64,000 nt of DNA. Source: Candidatus Cloacimonetes bacterium HGW-Cloacimonetes-3 (GTDB lineage: Bacteria > Cloacimonadota > Cloacimonadia > Cloacimonadales > Cloacimonadaceae). Below are positions 56,387-64,000 of this stretch, piece by piece (the stretch's first letter is position 1; each line of letters begins with the position of its first letter). Below the pieces are notes generated by a model, which did not search any database, was not told the DNA's origin, and saw only the letters and a list, made by a program, of their open reading frames with translations. Both the position numbers and the translations under genes were made by a program. The stretch is from the NCBI GenBank assembly GCA_002840645.1, contig PHBO01000010.1, positions 60,470 to 124,469 of the forward strand. The letters run 5' to 3'.

Positions 56387-56719
56387 ATGGTGCGGTGGAT
56401 CACATCTCACGCTGAGTACACCGAATTCAGAAATCCCGATTTTTACTTTCGGACGGCAAACTTCTATGTTCCCGTGCTTATCCGGATTGGCGAAGCGGCT
56501 TTGGGGATTACCAACAGCCGTAGAATTGGTAATGCAGTGCGAAGAAACCTACTTAAGCGCAGGATCAAGGCTTGGATTCATCAGAACGAAGGGCAAATAC
56601 CCGATGGTTTCAAGCTTGTGCTTGTGTCTAAAAGCGGAGCAGGACAGCTTTCATGGCAGGACTTGTGCAATCAGCTGAGTACCCTGTGTTCCATGCTGCA
56701 AAAGCGCGCAACATCATGA
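56387..56719 (+). CDS. rnpA: Ribonuclease P protein component
   Basis: [20 protein letters not shown] (RNR motif); synteny. Confidence 0.9.
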   Translation: MVRWITSHAEYTEFRNPDFYFRTANFYVPVLIRIGEAALGITNSRRIGNAVRRNLLKRRIKAWIHQNEGQIPDGFKLVLVSKSGAGQLSWQDLCNQLSTLCSMLQKRATS

Positions 56720-56946
56720 ACCGTATTCTTCGTTTACCCAATCTGATCTTTTTGGCGATTATCAGGCTTTATCAGCTCGCCATATCACCCTATCTGCCAA
56801 GAAGCTGCCGATTTGAGCCAAGTTGCAGCCGTTATGGCTATGAAGCTTTCCAGAAGTATCACTTCCCCAAAGCTTTGTACCTTAGCATCTGGCGCATTAT
56901 CCGTTGTAACCCCTTTAACAAGGGTGGTTATGACCCCCTTCCCTAA
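56716..56946 (+). CDS. yidD: Membrane protein insertion efficiency factor
   Basis: YQLAISP...[10 protein letters not shown]...[17 protein letters not shown]. Confidence 0.95.
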   Translation: MNRILRLPNLIFLAIIRLYQLAISPYLPRSCRFEPSCSRYGYEAFQKYHFPKALYLSIWRIIRCNPFNKGGYDPLP

Positions 56947-56957
56947 GGAGGATAGTT

Positions 56958-58592
56958 ATGGATAAAAGAACTTTAACCGCAATTCTGCTGATGGTAATTC
57001 TATACATGGTGTTTAGCCAGTTTGTATGGAAACCCCAGCAGCTACAAAAACAACAGTTACAAGCCTCCCAGCAGGAAGCCACTCCCGCTGTTCCTGCTGC
57101 CCCGATAGCAGCAGCAGATAGCGTGATAGTGCAAGCTCCGGTGGATAGCCTGTTCATTTCTGATGCAAAACAAGAGCTTGTGCAGCTCTCAAACGGGCTA
57201 ATGACAGTTTACTTCAATACTAAGGGTGGAAACATCCAACAAGTGGAACTGAAGAATTTCCTTTCCCACGACAAGCAACCCGTGCACATTATCCCGGAAG
57301 ACAGCTCCATTGCCAATCTTAAACTAATTCACCCCGGAACAGAAACACCGCTTGCCACAACTGTTTTTCAGCACCATATCTCTACTGATTCCCTTTTTGT
57401 AAGCTTTTTCCTTGGTGATCCCGCTTCACCCCAGGTGGAAAAGCGTTATTCTATTGATAATCAGTACGGTATCGCCCTTGATGTCTCGGTATCGGGATTT
57501 CAGGCTATGAACGGCATCGAACTGGATTTCTCTTCCGGAATAGCCGACACGGAAAGAATCAACAAGAGCAAATCACAGGATTACAAGTTCCTGTTGTATG
57601 CTGATAACCAGATTCAAAAGACTGCTCTCTCCAAATTCAAGAAAGCCCAGCCTAATGGTTCTTTGGGCAGCTTCTCTTGGGCTGCAGTTCGCAGCAAATA
57701 TTTTGCCATCGCCTTGAAAGAAAGCGATCCCAGCTTGATGAGAAACTATAGCACCGGCGTGAACAAAGCCACAGGCAACCCCTATTTCATGATCGATTCA
57801 CGCCAGGCAAGCGCTCAACAAAGCTGGAATCAGAGCTTCACTATCTACGCCGGACCCGCGGATTATGAAATCCTGAAACAATACGGCAAACAGATGGATA
57901 ACATCCCCGAACGTGGTGTAAGCTGGCTTCGCTGGCTTGCCAATATTTTTGCATGGTTCCTGAAGTTCCTGCACCGCTACATTAAGAACTATGGTGTGGT
58001 GTTGCTGATATTTGCCTTTGTTATGAAGCTGATACTGCACCCCCTCACTCACAAACAGATGGAACATGGATTCAAGCAGCAAAAGCTGCAACCTCAACTT
58101 CAGCAAATCCAGAAACTGTATGCGAACGACAAGGTTAAGCAACAACAGGAAATGAACAAGCTGTACAAAGAGAACAACACCAGCCCCTTAGCAGGGTGTT
58201 TGCCGGTGCTGATTCAATTCCCCATCATTATCCCGCTTTACAATGTGCTTCGATACTCTCTGGATATGCGTAATGCCTCTTTCGTCTTTTGGTTGAAAGA
58301 CCTTTCCGAGCCTGATCCATACCTCATTTTACCGATAGTTATGGGTGCCTTTATGATTGTTCAATCTCTCATGATGCGTCCTCCAAAAATGGACGATTCC
58401 CAGATGGATGACAAACAAAAAGCCATGCAATCTCAGCAAAAAATGATGACCTGGATGATGCCTATCATGATGTTCTTCATCTTTAAGGGCATGCCGGCAG
58501 GATTGGTGCTTTACTGGACAGCGTTTAATGTCCTGTCCATCGTCCATCAGTACTACCTGAATCAACACTTTAAAAACAAGGATAATCAATGA
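56958..58592 (+). CDS. yidC: Membrane protein insertase
   Basis: N-terminal TM, periplasmic domain, NYGVVLL, GCLPVLIQFP, FWLKDLSEPDPY, GLVLYW. Confidence 0.96.
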   Translation: MDKRTLTAILLMVILYMVFSQFVWKPQQLQKQQLQASQQEATPAVPAAPIAAADSVIVQAPVDSLFISDAKQELVQLSNGLMTVYFNTKGGNIQQVELKNFLSHDKQPVHIIPEDSSIANLKLIHPGTETPLATTVFQHHISTDSLFVSFFLGDPASPQVEKRYSIDNQYGIALDVSVSGFQAMNGIELDFSSGIADTERINKSKSQDYKFLLYADNQIQKTALSKFKKAQPNGSLGSFSWAAVRSKYFAIALKESDPSLMRNYSTGVNKATGNPYFMIDSRQASAQQSWNQSFTIYAGPADYEILKQYGKQMDNIPERGVSWLRWLANIFAWFLKFLHRYIKNYGVVLLIFAFVMKLILHPLTHKQMEHGFKQQKLQPQLQQIQKLYANDKVKQQQEMNKLYKENNTSPLAGCLPVLIQFPIIIPLYNVLRYSLDMRNASFVFWLKDLSEPDPYLILPIVMGAFMIVQSLMMRPPKMDDSQMDDKQKAMQSQQKMMTWMMPIMMFFIFKGMPAGLVLYWTAFNVLSIVHQYYLNQHFKNKDNQ

Positions 58593-59515
58593 CTACTATA
58601 GACAAAAGCGGAACCTGTATCGAAGATATCATCAGCGCTTTCCGCAAAGAAAACAATATCCAGGATTGGGAGCTTAAATACGAAATCCTGAAGAAACCCA
58701 GCAATGGTATATTCGGCCTTTTTGCCAGCAAGACTGCTTTAGTGCGTTTCCAACTTCCTGATACCGCAGACCGTGCCAAGCTTTACACTAATAGCTTGCT
58801 TACCAAGATGGGCGTAGGATTTGATTCCATAACCACCAAGCTTGAGGGCAAGACATTGTATCTGGAAATAGTCGGCTGCACAGACACCGGATTCCTGATT
58901 GGTAAAAATGGAAACATGCTGGAAAGCATCCAGTTCCTGGTGAACCGCGTGTTTGAGTACGACCGCAAGATAGAGAAAATCTACCTTGATGCCGATGGTT
59001 ATCGTGAGCGCAGGGAGGATTTCTTCTTCCGCCAGTTCCAGCCCCAGATATCTAAGATCAAAGCGCATGGAAAACCTCTTACTCTGGAACCTATGAGTGC
59101 TGGAGAACGCCGTATCATTCACCGCCATGTGGAACGCGATAAAGGCTTGCGCACCCTTACTATCGGTGAGGGCGAAAAGAAGCGCATCGTAATTTTCTCT
59201 GCCAAGCAGAGCGAACGTGAAGCTTTGTCCCATAGCAATGCGGATAGAGGAAAACACACTCCCGAATCCTCTGACGAGAAGACCACCCAACCCGCTGCAA
59301 AGCAGAAAACTGCACGCCCACCCCGCCCACCGCGTGCACCCAAAACTGATATTCCTGCCGGAACAAGCGCAGATTATCCTTTTAAAACTGCTGCCCACAG
59401 GAAAGCAACAAAGGAAGCTACTTCTGAAACAGATAGCCCAACAACGGACAAGCCCGCAGCAGCACGTCCTAACAGACAGCGTCGCCGTCCTCCCAAACCG
59501 GCCAGCAGCGAATAA
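58589..59515 (+). CDS. jag: Jag/EloR/KhpB RNA-binding protein (KH + R3H) with long low-complexity tail
   Basis: LIGKNG KH loop, ERRIIH R3H motif; synteny after yidC. Confidence 0.9.
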   Translation: MTTIDKSGTCIEDIISAFRKENNIQDWELKYEILKKPSNGIFGLFASKTALVRFQLPDTADRAKLYTNSLLTKMGVGFDSITTKLEGKTLYLEIVGCTDTGFLIGKNGNMLESIQFLVNRVFEYDRKIEKIYLDADGYRERREDFFFRQFQPQISKIKAHGKPLTLEPMSAGERRIIHRHVERDKGLRTLTIGEGEKKRIVIFSAKQSEREALSHSNADRGKHTPESSDEKTTQPAAKQKTARPPRPPRAPKTDIPAGTSADYPFKTAAHRKATKEATSETDSPTTDKPAAARPNRQRRRPPKPASSE

Positions 59516-59517
59516 CG

Positions 59518-60315
59518 ATGAAACCAATCCATAAAATACACGCCGGCTACTATTGGTCTGATGGCGGTGCTTTTATGGGAGTTCTGCCCTGGACATTGTG
59601 GAACAAAAAGACACAGGTGGACGAACGTCGTCGTCAGAAATTGAATTTGAACTTGCTGCTGATCATGATCCCGGGACGCAACATTCTGGTAGATACGGGT
59701 ATGGGCAACAGACTATCCGAAAAACAGATAGAGATATTCCAGCCTTCCGAGTTCCTGCTCCCAATAGCGTTAAGTGAGTTTGGGATAACCGATATTGACA
59801 TCACCGACGTGGTCATGACGCATCTGCATTTTGACCACGCAGGTGGTATCGTTACCGCATTTGGCGACGAAGATGCTCTCACCTTTCCCAATGCGCGCTA
59901 CTGGATTCAGCAATCAGAATGGGATATGGCAAAGAATCCTGATGATCTGAACCGTGCTGCCTACAGTTTCGAGCATCAGCTAAGCCTTCTGGAAACAGAA
60001 GGTTTGGTAGAACTTATCGAAGGCGATAACGAGATAGCGGAAGGAATCACCCTGATCAAAACAGGGGGACATACCGTCGGCAGCCAGATTGTTCAGGCTG
60101 ATTTACCGGAAGGGTTCTATATCTATGCAGGCGATATTATTCCCACCTATTTTCATACCCTTCCTGCTGTTACATCTGCCTACGATGTAGCACGAAAGGA
60201 CACTTTTGCTGCCAAGAAGCTTATCTATAGCCGCCTGAAAGAACGTAACGGCATCCTGCTATTGGATCACGACCTTTCCCATTGGGAAATTCCTATTTCG
60301 GAACTTAGAGTTTAA
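59518..60315 (+). CDS. MBL-fold metallo-hydrolase (YtnP-like)
   Basis: DGGAFMGVLP, LVDTGMG, THLHFDHAGG, GGHTVG. Confidence 0.9.
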   Translation: MKPIHKIHAGYYWSDGGAFMGVLPWTLWNKKTQVDERRRQKLNLNLLLIMIPGRNILVDTGMGNRLSEKQIEIFQPSEFLLPIALSEFGITDIDITDVVMTHLHFDHAGGIVTAFGDEDALTFPNARYWIQQSEWDMAKNPDDLNRAAYSFEHQLSLLETEGLVELIEGDNEIAEGITLIKTGGHTVGSQIVQADLPEGFYIYAGDIIPTYFHTLPAVTSAYDVARKDTFAAKKLIYSRLKERNGILLLDHDLSHWEIPISELRV

Positions 60316-60351
60316 AACTCTGGCTAACAACTCCCGGAGAACTATCTGTGC

Positions 60352-60633
60352 TTACTCGTATCTGCACAAGTATGCTGTCTGTTCCGCAACTTTAAGCTGG
60401 AACTTGGTGTTTGCTGCCACGATAAAGGTTTCTCCGGCGGAAAACATCTTCCATTCTTTTGCCTCAGGCAACAGCACATTAAGCGCACCGGTAACCACCG
60501 TCATATATTCCACCATTGAGGTACCAAATTCGTAATCCCCAATATCCATCACACCCACAGTAGATTTTCCCTTGCTGTTGTTCAGCCCGATAGATTTTAC
60601 CTTGCCCCCGAAATATTCGTTTACTGCTAACAT
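60352..60633 (-). CDS. ppnP: Pyrimidine/purine nucleoside phosphorylase (DUF1255)
   Basis: MLAVNEYFGGKVKSI, TVGVM..GDYEFGT, YLCRYE; AAGGAG SD before ATG 60633. Confidence 0.93.
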   Translation of the reverse strand: MLAVNEYFGGKVKSIGLNNSKGKSTVGVMDIGDYEFGTSMVEYMTVVTGALNVLLPEAKEWKMFSAGETFIVAANTKFQLKVAEQTAYLCRYE

Positions 60634-60947
60634 GTTTATCTCCTTATAGATATCTTCTGTTTCCAAACTTATCAGGATGCTTTCATTGTCCAGAAATATG
60701 TTTGTAGCACAGGCTACCACTTACCCAGTTATTGAGATGATGTATCCATTACAAAATGCTAAAGTATCTACTCCAGACAGAGTGCGTTCTTCTAATCTGA
60801 TAGAGAATCAAAGCTAACAAGTTTTGCTTGACATAATATCAATGTTCCACACTGTGTATATTGGTGCGTTGGCATTAAGGTAATGTCTCGCCTGTGATCA
60901 TGAAAAGTAAGAAAGTCATTAGGAAATTAACAAGGAAAGGAGATGCT

Positions 60948-63900
60948 ATGAAAGCACAAGTACAAAAACTCCTTCTTCTGCTGATCTTTACAGCGTTAGC
61001 ACTCAGTATTGGGGCTATAGTAAGCGAGTACTCGTTTACTTCCTCACTGGGAACTTACACTGAAATAAGCGGAGGAACTGTCCACGGGACAATAGCAAAT
61101 GATAACGAAAACTTCAATGCTATCCCTTTGGGATTCAACTTCACCTACAATGGTGTGGTTTATGCAAGCGTTAGCATCCAGACTAACGGCTTTTTAGCCA
61201 TGGGTCCGGTTGTAACAAATAGCACAACCCCCATCAGTTCCGCTACCGGAACAAATAACGTTGTTGCTGCCTTAGGTCGCGATATCAAATCTACCGAGAC
61301 CGGACAGCTGATGTCACTTACAAGCGGCGCTGCTCCCAATCGCGTGTTTACCGCACAGTGGAGCCACTATCGCCGAATTCCTACTACTGCTGCAACGGAC
61401 GACTTAATTTTTCAAATTCAATTGCAAGAGAACGGAAACAAAGTAGTGTTCGTTTATGGCGCTTTTGTCTCCAACAACTCAACCACTGCTCCATCCGTAC
61501 AGGTTGGACTACGTGGTGATTCCAACGCAGATTTCAACAATCGCACTACCACAACAGACTGGACAGCTACAAGCATTGGAACCGCTGCCAATAACTCCTG
61601 CACATTAAGTGCTACCGTGTTCCCACCAGCAGGGCTTACTTACACTTTCAGTCCTGCCTCGATTGGTGAGCCGCCCTTGGCTGCTCAGAACCCTGTTCCT
61701 CCAAACGGCTCCGTCAATACACCCATTGGAACAGACCTTTCCTGGGTTGCCGGTGGTGGAGTTACTGATGGTTACAAAGTGTTCCTTGGAACAGATACCG
61801 CTGCCACCAATATCGTGAATGGTGTGTCTCAAACCGGTATAACCTACAATCCGGATGATTTCGCATACAGCACCACATACTATTGGAAAATAGTGCCCTT
61901 CAATCAGGATGGCGATGCTTTGAACTGCCCCATTTGGAGCTTTACGACTCTTGCAGATCCTACTGTTTTCACATTCCCTTATGCTCAGGGCTTCGACAAT
62001 GCGACTCCGCCTGCCCAGGCTTTGGGCTGGACTACTATTAACGCTAATGCCGATGCATACACATGGGAAAGCATTGCCAGCGGAGCACAAGCCGGAGTGA
62101 ACGCCATGCGTTGCCGCTTCAACAGTGCTGTAGCTATGAACGATTGGTTAGTTTCCCCCGCATTGCATTTAACTTTAGGAACCGTGTACAAAGCAAGGTT
62201 CTATTATCGTGCTAATAGTGCCACTACCCCGGAAAAGCTATCAGTTTACTGGGGTAATGCACCTACTACCGAAGCACTAACAACTATGCTGTTCGAAAAC
62301 CTGAATGTTAACAATATTACTTATAACATGGCTGAAGTAGTGGTCAACCCCACTTCCACCGGTAATTACTACCTGGGCTTCCGTGGACATAGTAATATGA
62401 ACATGAACTACATCTATCTGGATTCATTCAGCATCTTTGAGCTCACTGATGTTATAAACCCACCCCAGAACTTTGCTGCCAATCTCATTGACGGCAACGA
62501 TGCAGTACTTACTTGGACTGCCCCGGCGGGTGTCACCCGTGATTTCTTGGGCTACAAACTGTATCGTAATGGCACATTGTTAAATACCTTCACCCCCGCC
62601 ATTCTTACATTCACAGATATGAACTTAGTTGCCGGTACTTATTCCTATACCCTTACCGCCTACTATGATGGTGGAGAATCCACCCCTGCCGGTCCTGCTG
62701 CTGTTACAGTAGTTTCCCTACTTCCTCCGGCAAACCTCACCGCATCTATTGAAAACTACAATAATGTTCATCTTGCCTGGGATGCTCCCGGTTCAGAACC
62801 ACCTGTGACAAACTTCACAGAAGGCTTCGAAACTTATCCAAATTTCGCCTTAACCTTTGCCCCATGGACACTGGTTGATGTTGATCTTAGCACCACCTAT
62901 GGTTTCAGCGGGATAACCTTCCAAAACTCCGGTAGCCCCATGGCATACATCATCTTCAACCCGACTGCCACAACTCCTGCAGTTACAGGTGCTGACGTAC
63001 ACTCCGGCAGCAGAATGGCAGCCAGCTTTGCTTCTACCACACCTCCTAACAACGACTGGTTGATTTCCCCCGCCATTCCGATTGTTACAGGTAACCAGCT
63101 TAGCTTCTGGGCGCGTTCCTACACTGAACAATACGGCTTGGAACGCTTTAAGGTCGGAATCTCCACTACCGGAACGCTTCCGGCGAACTTCACCATTATC
63201 AGCGGTGCAACATATATTTCAGCTCCAGTAGCATGGACTCAATACACCTATTCACTTGCTGCATACGCAGGACAAACTGTGCGTGTTGGCTTACAGTGTG
63301 TATCCAATGATGCTTTCATCTACTTTGTTGATGATGTGTTCGTTGGTGCTCCGGCAGCCAAATCCACCTACCCTGAAGTTGTAACTGTGCCCGGTAACAT
63401 CAGCCGCTCCATTGTTACCCCCAATATTGCTCCGGTTCCTGTTTACGAGCCAAGCAGAGCTTTGTTGGGCTACAAAGTGTATCGCAATGGTAATCTGGTC
63501 GGTACAATTAACAGTCCTACTACTTTTGTGTATGACGATATGGCTGTTGCCCCCGGTAACCAATCCTATACAGTTACTGCATTCTACGATGCAGGTGAAT
63601 CTACCCCCGCGGGTCCTGTTACTGTTACTACCCTGGCTGCACCTGCTCCCGTTACAAACCTTGCAGCAAACGTAACAAACAGCACCGTAGCATTGTCCTG
63701 GACTGCCCCTGCTGCCACCACTCTCACCGGATACAAAGTATATCGTGATGGTGTGATGGTAAGTGAGATCACTACTCCCACTACAGTCACATACACCCAG
63801 GCAAACGTCCCCAATGGAACGTATGTATATGGCGTTGTGGCTGTTCACAATTACGGTGAATCTGTTGCAGTAACCGCAAGCGCAGTTGTTAATGTGGTGC

Positions 63901-64000
63901 TTGCTCCAGCCTTCTTCACTGATGGCTTTGAAGCTTATGATGATTTCAGCCTTAGCTTTGCCCCCTGGATTCTTACAGATATTGATCTTTCTGTTACCTA
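60948..64000 (+). CDS. Giant secreted gingipain-adhesin-like protein D (cleaved adhesin/choice-of-anchor J + Fn3), partial, runs off window
   Basis: ATG 60948 after AAGGAG; MKAQVQKLLLLL signal; N-terminal module like proteins A/B; NDWLISP...FWARSY...ERFKVG; still in frame at window end (APWILTDIDLSVT). Confidence 0.85.
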   Translation, partial: MKAQVQKLLLLLIFTALALSIGAIVSEYSFTSSLGTYTEISGGTVHGTIANDNENFNAIPLGFNFTYNGVVYASVSIQTNGFLAMGPVVTNSTTPISSATGTNNVVAALGRDIKSTETGQLMSLTSGAAPNRVFTAQWSHYRRIPTTAATDDLIFQIQLQENGNKVVFVYGAFVSNNSTTAPSVQVGLRGDSNADFNNRTTTTDWTATSIGTAANNSCTLSATVFPPAGLTYTFSPASIGEPPLAAQNPVPPNGSVNTPIGTDLSWVAGGGVTDGYKVFLGTDTAATNIVNGVSQTGITYNPDDFAYSTTYYWKIVPFNQDGDALNCPIWSFTTLADPTVFTFPYAQGFDNATPPAQALGWTTINANADAYTWESIASGAQAGVNAMRCRFNSAVAMNDWLVSPALHLTLGTVYKARFYYRANSATTPEKLSVYWGNAPTTEALTTMLFENLNVNNITYNMAEVVVNPTSTGNYYLGFRGHSNMNMNYIYLDSFSIFELTDVINPPQNFAANLIDGNDAVLTWTAPAGVTRDFLGYKLYRNGTLLNTFTPAILTFTDMNLVAGTYSYTLTAYYDGGESTPAGPAAVTVVSLLPPANLTASIENYNNVHLAWDAPGSEPPVTNFTEGFETYPNFALTFAPWTLVDVDLSTTYGFSGITFQNSGSPMAYIIFNPTATTPAVTGADVHSGSRMAASFASTTPPNNDWLISPAIPIVTGNQLSFWARSYTEQYGLERFKVGISTTGTLPANFTIISGATYISAPVAWTQYTYSLAAYAGQTVRVGLQCVSNDAFIYFVDDVFVGAPAAKSTYPEVVTVPGNISRSIVTPNIAPVPVYEPSRALLGYKVYRNGNLVGTINSPTTFVYDDMAVAPGNQSYTVTAFYDAGESTPAGPVTVTTLAAPAPVTNLAANVTNSTVALSWTAPAATTLTGYKVYRDGVMVSEITTPTTVTYTQANVPNGTYVYGVVAVHNYGESVAVTASAVVNVVLAPAFFTDGFEAYDDFSLSFAPWILTDIDLSVT

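Noticed and set aside
409-63848. Numerous antisense and alternate-frame ORFs in the supplied track (e.g. 1570-2391, 52307-53185, 58739-59527, 54171-54782)
   Set aside because: They are shadows of well-supported genes on the other strand or frame, with no motifs or ribosome-binding sites.

Overview
Bacterial chromosomal window. The lineage is most likely Candidatus Cloacimonadota or another FCB-group anaerobe; this is inferred from FlgD-Ig/T9SS-like C-terminal domains, cleaved-adhesin proteins, Rnf and a Na+-decarboxylase beta subunit. Housekeeping blocks are mfd, uvrD/pcrA, an rnz-like gene, a wecA-like gene, oadB-cdd-radical SAM-amidase-kinase-DUF512, phnDC without phnE, rnfCDGEAB, tag, greA-M18 peptidase-cpoB-bamD-nadD, rpmH-rnpA-yidD-yidC-jag and ppnP. 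The accessory content has four parts. (1) An ~18 kb island (22575-40641) of three giant, modular, secreted adhesin-like genes, bracketed by 165-bp direct repeats. Each gene has its own TTGACA element ~510-525 bp upstream of the ATG, a long structured 5' region containing a shared hairpin (ATAAT-CRTCGCAC-ATTAT), its own terminator, and a shared non-FlgD C-terminal domain plus basic tail. This is the best candidate for an undescribed regulatory/secretion system. (2) A RAYT transposase with REP/REPIN-like flanks. (3) Several sequence-unrelated palindromes that all use an 11-bp tandem unit. (4) An AAA/DUF4143 ATPase gene framed by ~140-bp direct repeats. A fourth giant adhesin gene runs off the right edge. 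All alignments and folds were done by eye; no CRISPR, rRNA or tRNA was seen.
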